Counted from the stretch's first letter, positions 8,422 through 17,678 are shown. The stretch: 22,814 nt of DNA from an uncultured bacterium (GCA_964510165.1 CAZEBC010000020.1:13669-36482), one strand, 5' to 3'. Notes: generated by a model from the letters alone, not told the origin. A program made the numbers and translations.

Positions 8422-8465
8422 ATTATGGTGTCCATGATTCTTCATGCCGCATGGTGTCCCCAATT
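8400..8465. repeat. Cluster of GGGGACACCAT-type repeats in both orientations
   Basis: ATCGGGGGCGCCATG (+, 8406-8420), GGACACCATAATT (-, 8433-8421), AATTGGGGACACCATGC (-, 8465-8449); the last is 15/17 identical to 7215-7231. Confidence 0.7.
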
Positions 8466-8482
8466 GTGGGGGAAAGGCATAA

Positions 8483-9367
8483 ATGACTCCCGAAGACAAG
8501 ATCAGGCTTCTTTGGCTTGGCGCGGCTCATTATCAGATTTGCTACAAGGGACTCGTGGTCCTCATTGACCCGCTGTTTACGCGGCTGCCCGGCGATAAGC
8601 CCCATCTTGAGGAGCGGAGGGAAGAGCTTGAAAAAATGGATTTTCTCCTGCTTACGCATGGGCATTTGGACCACTCGTGGGATTTTCCGTATCTGGCCGC
8701 GCGGCATAATCCGGTAACGTACGCGCCCCGCGAGTGTCTGGGGGACATCCGACGCGAGGAGAGCGGGTCCGACCTGGAGTTCGACAGGTCCAGGTGTCAC
8801 TCGCTCGAGGATGTCGAGGGACAGGCGTTCTCCATTGCGGATATCGAAGTGACCCCGTGGCGGATAGGGACCGAGGAGATAGATTTCTGGTTCATCAGGG
8901 AAATGTTTTTGCGGCCGCTTAGGCACGGTACGCCAGCCTCGTTGGCGACAGGGTTCAAATGGCTTACACATCATCTGTACTGCAATTGCTTCGCGTATCA
9001 TTTCAGGTTTCCGGACGGCAAGACGATGCTGTATTTCGGCAACCTCACCGATGATGTCAAGAGGCTGGGCAGTATCGAGCGCGTTGACGTGCTGGCGATT
9101 CCCTATTGTCCGGCCAACCGGAAATGGATTCGGCACTCGCAACATCTGATTGAGCGATTCGACCCCGGGGTGACCCTGGTGCATCATTTCGACAATTTCA
9201 TGAACCCCTTCACGCTTTCGAAATACATGAATCTGGACTCATATCGGAGGGCCATCCTCGATCGCTGCCCCCGCGCGAACATGTACTTTTCGAGATTCCG
9301 TGAGGAAACGGGGTGGAGCCAAATAACCGCTAATCGGCGGGGGGGTCATCGGGAGGAACGGGCGTAA
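8483..9367 (+). CDS. MBL-fold metallo-hydrolase (UPF0173/UlaG-like)
   Basis: WLGAA, VLIDPLFT, LLTHGHLDH (HxHxDH), C-terminal HHFD. Confidence 0.88.
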   Translation: MTPEDKIRLLWLGAAHYQICYKGLVVLIDPLFTRLPGDKPHLEERREELEKMDFLLLTHGHLDHSWDFPYLAARHNPVTYAPRECLGDIRREESGSDLEFDRSRCHSLEDVEGQAFSIADIEVTPWRIGTEEIDFWFIREMFLRPLRHGTPASLATGFKWLTHHLYCNCFAYHFRFPDGKTMLYFGNLTDDVKRLGSIERVDVLAIPYCPANRKWIRHSQHLIERFDPGVTLVHHFDNFMNPFTLSKYMNLDSYRRAILDRCPRANMYFSRFREETGWSQITANRRGGHREERA

Positions 9368-9986
9368 TCAGGATATTCACATGCATCACGGCCTGATCCT
9401 GGTTTCTGACCGCCCCGAGGAATGCACTATAAGGTTCGATGTCGAAATCGCTCTGGTTGAATGTGAGCGAGGCTCGACCGCGGATGTCGCCGTTCTTCAA
9501 GTCCTCAATAATAGCGGAGACGGTGACCGTGCGTGTGACGCCGTGCATGGTCAAGTCGCCCGTGATCAGGAACAGACCCTCGGATTCTTTCTTGACTTCC
9601 GTTGATTGAAACGTGATGGTCGGATATTTTTGCGCGTCCATTTGGCGGGGGGACTCCATGGTCTGCTGGATGCTCTTGCGGTCGCCGTCGCTGAGCCGCT
9701 GGGTCAGGCCGTATTTCCGTCTGAGTTCCGGCTCATCGGCTTGGAGCGAGGCGGTTTGGACCTCAATCCGCAGGGAAGTAAGGGAAGGGTCGTCGGGATT
9801 GAACTCGGCGTCGCCGGAGAATTCGGCGGCCCGGATGACGTGATCATGGGCCAGCGCGGAGGCGATGCCGGCCTTATATAGCTGAACGACGAGTTCGCTG
9901 CGTTCAGGGGCGACCTTGTATTCGGCGGCTTGGGCAAATCCTTGCAGCGCACACAGCAGAGTTGCAATCGCAATAACGAGTCTCAT
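9330..9986 (-). CDS. YceI family periplasmic lipid/polyisoprenoid-binding protein
   Basis: Signal peptide from ATG 9986 (SD GGGAGG 7 nt upstream, preferred over 10013); KYPTITFQST, ITGDLTMHGVTR, QSDFDIEP. Confidence 0.9.
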   Translation of the reverse strand: MRLVIAIATLLCALQGFAQAAEYKVAPERSELVVQLYKAGIASALAHDHVIRAAEFSGDAEFNPDDPSLTSLRIEVQTASLQADEPELRRKYGLTQRLSDGDRKSIQQTMESPRQMDAQKYPTITFQSTEVKKESEGLFLITGDLTMHGVTRTVTVSAIIEDLKNGDIRGRASLTFNQSDFDIEPYSAFLGAVRNQDQAVMHVNILITPVPPDDPPAD

Positions 9987-10051
9987 AGACGCGCCTCCCG
10001 TTCTTTCCGTCAAGTATCACATCATTACGGCGCGCTCGCTATCGGTCACTG

Positions 10052-10082
10052 AAAAGCAAAAACCCCGCTAAGGGCGGGGTTT
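10052..10082 (-). terminator. Intrinsic terminator downstream of the cold-shock gene
   Basis: Minus strand AAACCCCGC-CCTTA-GCGGGGTTT followed by TTGCTTTT. Confidence 0.85.
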
Positions 10083-10106
10083 CCACGTTCAGCAGGTATG
10101 ATGTCC

Positions 10107-10307
10107 TTACAGCTTCACCACATTCTCTGCCTTGAGGCCTTTCGGCCCCTGAACCGTCTCGAAACGGACACGGTCGTTCTCAGCAAGGGTCTTGAATCCA
10201 CTGCCCACGATGGAAGAATGGTGCACGAATACGTCGGGCCCATTCTCCTGGCTGATGAAGCCAAAACCCTTCTGGTCATTGAACCACTTCACTACTCCTT
10301 CCGGCAA
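10107..10307 (-). CDS. csp: Cold-shock protein (CspA family, 66 aa)
   Basis: [15 protein letters not shown] (RNP1), DVFVHHS (RNP2), GFKTL, GPKG. SD AGGAGGTG lies 7 nt from TTG 10307 but only 1 nt from ATG 10313, so TTG is preferred. Confidence 0.97.
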   Translation of the reverse strand: MPEGVVKWFNDQKGFGFISQENGPDVFVHHSSIVGSGFKTLAENDRVRFETVQGPKGLKAENVVKL

Positions 10308-10346
10308 CTTCATTCACCTCCTTCATCGGTTTAGGCGGGTTTCCTC

Positions 10347-10385
10347 AAAGAAAAATCCGCAAGAGCCACACACACTCTTGCGGAT
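10347..10385 (-). terminator. Terminator-like hairpin in the csp leader (or terminator of the glpK run)
   Basis: Perfect 11-bp stem ATCCGCAAGAG-TGTGTGTGG-CTCTTGCGGAT followed by TTTTCTTT. Confidence 0.8.
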
Positions 10386-10439
10386 GAGGGGGATGTCTTT
10401 ACCACGACTCGATACGAAGAGCTGTTCGCTCGAAAACAA

Positions 10440-10468
10440 ATTCTATCACAACTTCTGCCGCTTGTCAA
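10440..10468 (-). promoter_or_regulatory. sigma70 promoter for csp
   Basis: TTGACA (10468-10463), 17 bp, TAGAAT (10445-10440) with extended TGn. Confidence 0.8.
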
Positions 10469-10491
10469 GACTGAGACGGCGCCTTTCCAAA

Positions 10492-12015
<1,524 letters not shown>

Positions 12016-12609
12016 TCACAGCAACTGGGCGCCGAAATGGCTGAGCAGCTTATCGAGGACGGTCAAGGGAAGACCGACCACATTATAGTAGCACCCGCAT
12101 ATCTTCTCAATGATGATGCCGCCTGCCCCCTGAATGGCATATGCGCCCGCCTTATCGAGCGGGTCTATCATCTCGAGATATCGCTCGATTTGCGCGCCGG
12201 ATAACGGCCGAAACGTGACCTCTGTCATCGCAAAGTCGGTCTCGTGTTTCCCGTTTCCGGCCCGGACGACCGCCACTCCGCTGTAAACTCGGTGGGTTTT
12301 GCCCGCAAGCAGTCGGAGCATGCGCCGGGCGTCGTCCGGGTCTGCGGGCTTGCCGTAGATGACTTGCTCAAGCCACACGACGGTGTCGGCGCCGATGACG
12401 AGACTCTTCGGAAATCGCGAGGCGACGTCTTGCGCTTTTGCAAGGGCGTTGTGCTGGACGATCTCTTCGACGCGAACGTCAAGTGGATGGACCTCGGCGA
12501 CGCCGCTTGGGACTACTTTGACTCTTAACCCGAGCGAGCGCAGAATCTCGATTCGCCTGGGGGAGGACGATGCTAAAATGATGGGGGGGTGCGACTTACT
12601 GGCGGGCAT
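12016..12609 (-). CDS. maf: Maf family nucleoside-triphosphate pyrophosphatase (YhdE-like)
   Basis: IILASSSPRR, GADTVV, GKP, DKAGAYAIQG, NVVGLP. Confidence 0.95.
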   Translation of the reverse strand: MPASKSHPPIILASSSPRRIEILRSLGLRVKVVPSGVAEVHPLDVRVEEIVQHNALAKAQDVASRFPKSLVIGADTVVWLEQVIYGKPADPDDARRMLRLLAGKTHRVYSGVAVVRAGNGKHETDFAMTEVTFRPLSGAQIERYLEMIDPLDKAGAYAIQGAGGIIIEKICGCYYNVVGLPLTVLDKLLSHFGAQLL

Positions 12610-13015
12610 GTGAGCTTTCCGGAACGAAGCGCAGGCCTGAGCGCTCGGTCCCGATGAATGTGAGATGCGAGCGGCATCGGCAATCGGAGCACCCGAACCC
12701 CGAGATTGGCTCGGCGCGGGGGATTGCCTGGACGATTGAATTCAGTTCGCACTCGTTCATTTCGCTGGATTGATAAATCCTTGTTGATTCGATACTGACT
12801 TCAGAGCGGCGCGTGAGGTAATCGATATGCCAATGGAGCCGCTTGCAGCGTCGTGAGTGGCGCGTGAGCCTGTGCGAGAGATTCCTCTTGGCGCTCCCGC
12901 TGTACACGTAATAACCTGGCTTGAAACGCAACGTGCCGAGCGCGCCGATTCTTGTGGTTATGGGGGCTTTAAGGCGCATAATAAGCAGATAGATGCCCGA
13001 ATCAGAAGGCGCCAG
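12596..13015 (-). CDS. DUF123 / GIY-YIG (Uri superfamily) nuclease-like protein; start uncertain
   Basis: GIYLL, GYYVYSGSA, RLTRH, HWHIDYL, ECEL, GFGCSDCRCRSHL. Start candidates: CTG 13015 (AGGAG 5 nt upstream), TTG 13054, ATG 13096, ATG 12979. Confidence 0.85.
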   Translation of the reverse strand: MAPSDSGIYLLIMRLKAPITTRIGALGTLRFKPGYYVYSGSAKRNLSHRLTRHSRRCKRLHWHIDYLTRRSEVSIESTRIYQSSEMNECELNSIVQAIPRAEPISGFGCSDCRCRSHLTFIGTERSGLRFVPESSHARQ

Positions 13016-13712
13016 CTTCGCTCCTGATGATTGCTGTTCCTTCCGGCGCGTCAAACACGAGTTCCTTCTCGGGTATGAGCTCGTTCGTGCGGACATCGGT
13101 GAGCGTCACCTCGGTCGTGTCGCCGCTGACTTCCGTTATCAATATTTTCCTCGGAAGGTAATCCTCTGCAAGCCAGAGCGTGATGCTTCGGAGTTGAGAC
13201 GCGAGCGGGTCGGTCTTGGGCGCAAGTCGCAGCACAGTGAATTTGTCCCGTTTCTCGGGCTCGGAGACCTCGAAGTTCTTCTCAACCTCGTCAGCGGTGG
13301 CCTCGAACGCGAAGAAGAAATACGAGCCAGACTGGCCCGGTTGCATGGGATAGACCTCTATTTGTTCGAGCTGCGGGAAGTAGAAGGAGACCGACTCGCG
13401 GTCGATCCGCATCTGGGTCTTGTCGGGTGACTCGTATTTCCAGATCATCTGATAAGGAGTCTTGTAGAGCAGGAGGCCGGTTGACGTCTTGACTTCGTCG
13501 AAGAGCGCGACGGTCTTCTTCTGCTCGAAGCGCGCCGCGAACGTTTCAACCTTTGCTCTCTCGCGTTCAAGCTCTTGGAGAAACGGGCAGGAGCCGGTTC
13601 CGTTTGCATGAGCGCTCGTGACTACAAGCGCGAGCATCACTGTTGCGAGCGACAGGACCCTGGCCGGCTTCACGAGGATGGCGGAGAGCCCGCAGCAAAG
13701 GAGAGGCTTCAT
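13002..13712 (-). CDS. lolA: LolA-family outer-membrane lipoprotein carrier protein
   Basis: Signal-like N-terminus from ATG 13712 (4 nt after the divIVA stop); FAARFEQKK, STGLLLYKTP-YQMIWKYESPD, LRLAPK, GDTTEVTL, FDAPEG. The ORF-track extension to 13913 overlaps divIVA and is rejected. Confidence 0.82.
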   Translation of the reverse strand: MKPLLCCGLSAILVKPARVLSLATVMLALVVTSAHANGTGSCPFLQELERERAKVETFAARFEQKKTVALFDEVKTSTGLLLYKTPYQMIWKYESPDKTQMRIDRESVSFYFPQLEQIEVYPMQPGQSGSYFFFAFEATADEVEKNFEVSEPEKRDKFTVLRLAPKTDPLASQLRSITLWLAEDYLPRKILITEVSGDTTEVTLTDVRTNELIPEKELVFDAPEGTAIIRSEAGAF

Positions 13713-13716
13713 CGGT

Positions 13717-14322
13717 TCATTCCTTTTCCTCGGGGAACAGGATTTCGAGGTCCTTGATTTCCTCTTCGCCGACCTCGGGTTTTTCGGCCTGGTCGGCCTC
13801 CTCCTGTTCGATTTCCGGCTCCGTGTTGGAGGGGGTCTGGAGTTCCTTGAAGCCGTACTCGAGGAACAGCCTCTGGTCCTGTGATTGCACCAGTTTTCGG
13901 TGAGTATCAACAAGGGAGAGGAATTCGGCGCGAAACCTCTTGTGCTGGTTGAGCAGTTGGAACGTTTCTTCCTCGAGACGGTCCTTTCGTTGTCGCGCCC
14001 GCTGGATGATCCGTTCAGCTTCGAGTTCGGATTCGCGGATGATTAGGTTGCTCTTGCGCTCGGCCTCGCTCTTTATCTCTTGTCCAATCTTCTGTGAGGA
14101 CACGAGCGTGTTCTTCAGGGTGTTCTCCATCTGGCGGTATTCGTCGACGGCTTCCTCGAGCTGTTTGACCTTTTCGGACAGGAGCATGTTTTGCCTGAGC
14201 AAGTCCTCGAATTCCGAGGCGACCATCCTCAGGAAGTCATAGACCTCGTCCGGCTTGATGCCGCGCAGCGACTGGGAGAACTTCTTCTGAAGAATCTCGT
14301 TGGGCGTGATTTGCGGGTTCAC
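13717..14322 (-). CDS. divIVA: DivIVA domain-containing coiled-coil protein
   Basis: ITPNEILQKKFSQSLRGIKPDEVYDFL, long coiled coil, acidic tail; GTGA overlap with proC. Confidence 0.92.
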   Translation of the reverse strand: MNPQITPNEILQKKFSQSLRGIKPDEVYDFLRMVASEFEDLLRQNMLLSEKVKQLEEAVDEYRQMENTLKNTLVSSQKIGQEIKSEAERKSNLIIRESELEAERIIQRARQRKDRLEEETFQLLNQHKRFRAEFLSLVDTHRKLVQSQDQRLFLEYGFKELQTPSNTEPEIEQEEADQAEKPEVGEEEIKDLEILFPEEKE

Positions 14323-15140
14323 CTTTTCTTGCCACCCCCCAACTCTTTTGCTCGGTTCAGAGCGTTGTGCACCGCCTCTGTGATCAGTTCGCTGAAGCCT
14401 CTTTGGTTCAGCGTCGCCACAGCGGCCTCCGTCGTTCCACCCGGCGAGGTGACCTTCGCGCGCAGAACTGAGGGCTGCTCGCCGGACTCAATCAGCAGTT
14501 TCGATGCCCCGAAAAGGGTCTGACCGACAAGGTCTGCGGCCTCCTTCGCGGGCAGTCCGCATGAGGCCGCCGCCCTTTCCAGACACTCGGCAAAAAGGAA
14601 GAGGTACGCCGGTCCGCTTCCGCTCACGGCGGTGACGGCGTCCATCAAGGATTCGTCAAACCTGTACACTCTGCCAAGGGCCGAGAATATCCGTTCGGCT
14701 TCATGGAGGTCGCGCTCGGCCGCATGCGCCCCGAGGCACAGGGCTGTCGCGCCCGCTCCCACGAGCGCGGGCGTATTGGGCATTGCTCGGACAACTCTTG
14801 CGCCGGCTTGAAGGCGGTCCTCGATGAATCGCGTGGTGATGCCCGCCGCAATTGACAGCACCAGATGTTTCGGTCCGACTGCGGCTTTCACTTCGGAGAG
14901 ACATTCGGCCATACTCTGAGGCTTGACTGCGAGCAGGATGGTGGAGGCCGCGCGCGCGGCCTCGGACGCATTCGCCGCGAGGGCAACCCCGAGATTCCCG
15001 GCAAGGGTCTCGGCTTTCTGTCTCTCGACGTCGCAGACCACGACATCATCGGGCTGGTGCAGGCCCGCCTTCAGGACACCCTGCACGATTGCGGAACCCA
15101 TATTACCCGCGCCGATGACTCCCAGTTTTCTTTGGGGCAC
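14319..15140 (-). CDS. proC: Pyrroline-5-carboxylate reductase
   Basis: IGAGNMG, LAVKPQ, SIAAG, RAMPNTP, AVSGSGPAY, VTSPGGTT. Confidence 0.97.
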   Translation of the reverse strand: MPQRKLGVIGAGNMGSAIVQGVLKAGLHQPDDVVVCDVERQKAETLAGNLGVALAANASEAARAASTILLAVKPQSMAECLSEVKAAVGPKHLVLSIAAGITTRFIEDRLQAGARVVRAMPNTPALVGAGATALCLGAHAAERDLHEAERIFSALGRVYRFDESLMDAVTAVSGSGPAYLFLFAECLERAAASCGLPAKEAADLVGQTLFGASKLLIESGEQPSVLRAKVTSPGGTTEAAVATLNQRGFSELITEAVHNALNRAKELGGGKKR

Positions 15141-15141
15141 G

Positions 15142-15909
15142 TTACTCCTCCATGAACCGGATGAGGATGAGGGTTATATTGTCGCTTCCTCCGGCGCGCT
15201 TGGCTTCCTCGATGAGGCGCTCACTTTTCTGTTCCTGGGTCGCCTCGGCGTCCGTGAGAATTTCAAACATGGTGATGTCGTCGACCATGCCGGAGAGTCC
15301 GTCAGTGCAAAGAAGAATCTGGTCCCCGCCACGCACGCGCTCCTCGAATATATCCACCTCGACCGATTCGCGGGAGCCAAGCGCGCGGGTAATCACGTTT
15401 CGCCAGGGGTGCACGCGGGCGTCTTCGAGAGTGATCAGGTTCTTCTGGACCTGCTCGTTGACCCATGAATGGTCCTGAGTGATCTGCCGGTAGCCGCTTT
15501 GTCGAAACAGATAGGCGCGGCTGTCGCCGACATTTCCCACAGTGACGAGACGGCCATCCAGCAAGGCGCACACAACGGTGGTTCCCATGCCCGCCCACTG
15601 CTCGCTCTTGCTTGCGAGTTGTCGAATCTGGTCGTTGGCCGAGGACACTGCATTTGTCAGCTTATTCGCCAGAGGCGACAACTCCGGGTTGGCGCCATAG
15701 GGCAACTGCTCCGAGGCAAGTCCGTTGAAGCGCCTGATGAAATCGCAGATGCCCTCAACGGCGACCCTGCTGGCGAGGTTTCCGGCGGCATGGCCGCCCA
15801 TCCCATCGGCGACAATGAACGCGAGACTGCCCTCGTCCACCAGATAGGAATCCTCATTGTCACTTCGCTTCAATCCGACGTCGGTCTGCGCCACATAGCT
15901 CGCTTTCAC
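15142..15909 (-). CDS. Stp1/IreP/PrpC-family PP2C-type Ser/Thr phosphatase
   Basis: TDVGLKRSDNEDS, VADGMGGHAAG, GMGTT, NVGDSRAY, TQDHS, RNVITRALG, LCTDGL, GGSDNIT. Confidence 0.95.
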   Translation of the reverse strand: MKASYVAQTDVGLKRSDNEDSYLVDEGSLAFIVADGMGGHAAGNLASRVAVEGICDFIRRFNGLASEQLPYGANPELSPLANKLTNAVSSANDQIRQLASKSEQWAGMGTTVVCALLDGRLVTVGNVGDSRAYLFRQSGYRQITQDHSWVNEQVQKNLITLEDARVHPWRNVITRALGSRESVEVDIFEERVRGGDQILLCTDGLSGMVDDITMFEILTDAEATQEQKSERLIEEAKRAGGSDNITLILIRFMEE

Positions 15910-17639
15910 TGCTGTACCCCCTGCGAATTCTGGATCGCTTCGGCCTTCACTGTAGAAGCGGGACTGTCTTGCTCGTTGGCGGGGACGCGTACCTCGAAGG
16001 CTTCGATCTCGACATCCTTTGTCTTCACAAGCCCAATATCTATGACGTCAATGGCAGTCTGAATATTCGCCATCGTTTCCCTGCTGATGAGGATGCGGCC
16101 TCGACCGGCGGCTGTAGCCAGTCTGAAGGCGACATTGACCATTTCGCCGATGACGGTGTAGTCCATCCGGTCGAAGTTTCCGACGTTGCCCGCGATTGCG
16201 GCGCCCGTATTTATGCCGACGCCTATGTCGAAGGTTCGTTTGCCCGTTCGTCTGGCGCTTTCGTTCATCGCGCGCACCCTCTTGATCATGTCGATGGCGG
16301 CGAGCGCGGCCCTGTCGGCGTCATCGCCGTAGGAGAACGGAGCGCCGAAAATGGCCATGATGCCGTCGCCCATGAATTTGTCGAGAGTGCCCTGGTGGGC
16401 AAAGATGATGCGGGTCATCTCATCGAAATACTCATTGAGCATGTCCATCACTTCGTTAGGGGACATCCTGGCCGACATGGTGGTGAATCCGCGGATGTCG
16501 CTGAACAGGACGGTCACCTTTTGAAGGACGCCGCCGGGCTTCCAGTCCTCCGGGTTCTTCATGAGCATCTCGACCACCGTATTAGGCAGATTGCGCGACA
16601 TGGTGGTCCGGACCTTTTCCTCGAATTTGAGCCGTTGGAAGAGCCTGGCGTTTTCAATGGCGATGGCGGAGAGGCTGGCGAAGGCGGCGAACAACTCGAG
16701 GTCGGCCTCGTCGAAGGCGCCCTCCACGGAACGATTATCCAGGTAGATGACTCCGAGCACCCGGTCTTCGATTTTCAAGGGGACACACAGGATTGAGCTT
16801 ATCTTGTGGAGGATAATGCTCTCACGGGTGCGCAGCGCGGGGTCCTCGATCGCGTTTGCGGCGAGGCATGGCTCGCCGGTTCGGGCGACGTCGGCGGCGA
16901 CGCTCATGCTGAGCGACAGTTCGCCCAACTCTGCGCCTCCCATCTTGCGTTTCACCATGACCTTCAGCGCGTTCGATTGGTCGTCCTTGAGCATCAGGAA
17001 TCCGCGCTCCGCCTGAAGCACCTCGATGGCGGAATCCATGACCAGATTCAGGCGATGCTCGAGGTCGAATCCCGATATGATATATTTGCTGGCCTCGTAA
17101 AGAGCGGAGAGTCGGTCGAACGACTTGCCGACGGCCGACAGTTTGTGCCGCGCTTCGGAGAACGGGTCGCTCAGTTTCGCGATTTCTCCCGCGAGGGAGG
17201 GATCGCTCTTCTTGCGCATCGCATCAATGCTGGCAACGACCGAGTCGAGCTGTTTCTCCATCGAGAGGATGTCGCTGGCGACGACGGTCCGCGCGGGTCT
17301 GCGTGGCTGGCGGCGAACATATTCGTCGGCGGGCCGGGCCTCGACATCTGCCACGACGAGCTTCAGAAGGGTGTGGCCGACGCGGACAATGTCGCCGTGT
17401 TTGAGTTCGGCGCTCCTGACACGCTCTCGCGAGTTGCCGATGAACGTGCCGTTCAGGCTGTCTTCGTCTTTGAGAATTACCTTGTCGCGCTTCAAATAAA
17501 TGGTGAAATGCTGGGCGGAAACGGAGTCGTCATCGAGTGCGATCTCATTGGCCGGGTCGCGTCCGACAACAAGGCGGGGCCTGTCCAGGAGCATCTCCCG
17601 GAGTTCTTTGCCTTTCTCTCGAATTATAAATTTGTACAC
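15906..17639 (-). CDS. FHA-GAF-class III adenylate cyclase
   Basis: FHA (VGR, SAQH, SLNGT); GAF (AERGFLML, SILCVPL, LGVIYLDN, FDEADL, AIAIENARL); cyclase (LFSDIRGFT, DKFMGDGIMAIFG, GINTG, DYTVIGEMVNVAFRL). The Lys/Thr pair is typical of ATP-specific class IIIb enzymes. Confidence 0.93.
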   Translation of the reverse strand: MYKFIIREKGKELREMLLDRPRLVVGRDPANEIALDDDSVSAQHFTIYLKRDKVILKDEDSLNGTFIGNSRERVRSAELKHGDIVRVGHTLLKLVVADVEARPADEYVRRQPRRPARTVVASDILSMEKQLDSVVASIDAMRKKSDPSLAGEIAKLSDPFSEARHKLSAVGKSFDRLSALYEASKYIISGFDLEHRLNLVMDSAIEVLQAERGFLMLKDDQSNALKVMVKRKMGGAELGELSLSMSVAADVARTGEPCLAANAIEDPALRTRESIILHKISSILCVPLKIEDRVLGVIYLDNRSVEGAFDEADLELFAAFASLSAIAIENARLFQRLKFEEKVRTTMSRNLPNTVVEMLMKNPEDWKPGGVLQKVTVLFSDIRGFTTMSARMSPNEVMDMLNEYFDEMTRIIFAHQGTLDKFMGDGIMAIFGAPFSYGDDADRAALAAIDMIKRVRAMNESARRTGKRTFDIGVGINTGAAIAGNVGNFDRMDYTVIGEMVNVAFRLATAAGRGRILISRETMANIQTAIDVIDIGLVKTKDVEIEAFEVRVPANEQDSPASTVKAEAIQNSQGVQQ

Positions 17640-17669
17640 TTTGGGAATCTCACCCGGTGGTTATCAGTC

Positions 17670-17678
17670 ATTATACCA
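17670..17678 (-). promoter_or_regulatory. Internal extended -10 promoter upstream of the cyclase gene
   Basis: TGG-TATAAT on the minus strand in the 74-bp gap; -35 poor. Confidence 0.6.

Noticed and set aside
7210..8465. CRISPR array or autonomous IS
   Set aside because: Repeats are inverted and irregularly spaced; no cas or transposase gene is present.
8423..9187. 254-aa minus-strand ORF
   Set aside because: Shadow of the MBL gene.
8483..9367. Beta-lactamase, forming a resistance pair with the acylase
   Set aside because: No signal peptide and the motifs fit generic UPF0173/UlaG-like MBL hydrolases; family names do not establish substrate.
13713..13913. N-terminal extension of lolA or a divIVA-lolA frameshift fusion
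   Set aside because: Arg/Ser/Pro-rich off-frame reading of divIVA; lolA has its own ATG, SD and signal-like peptide.
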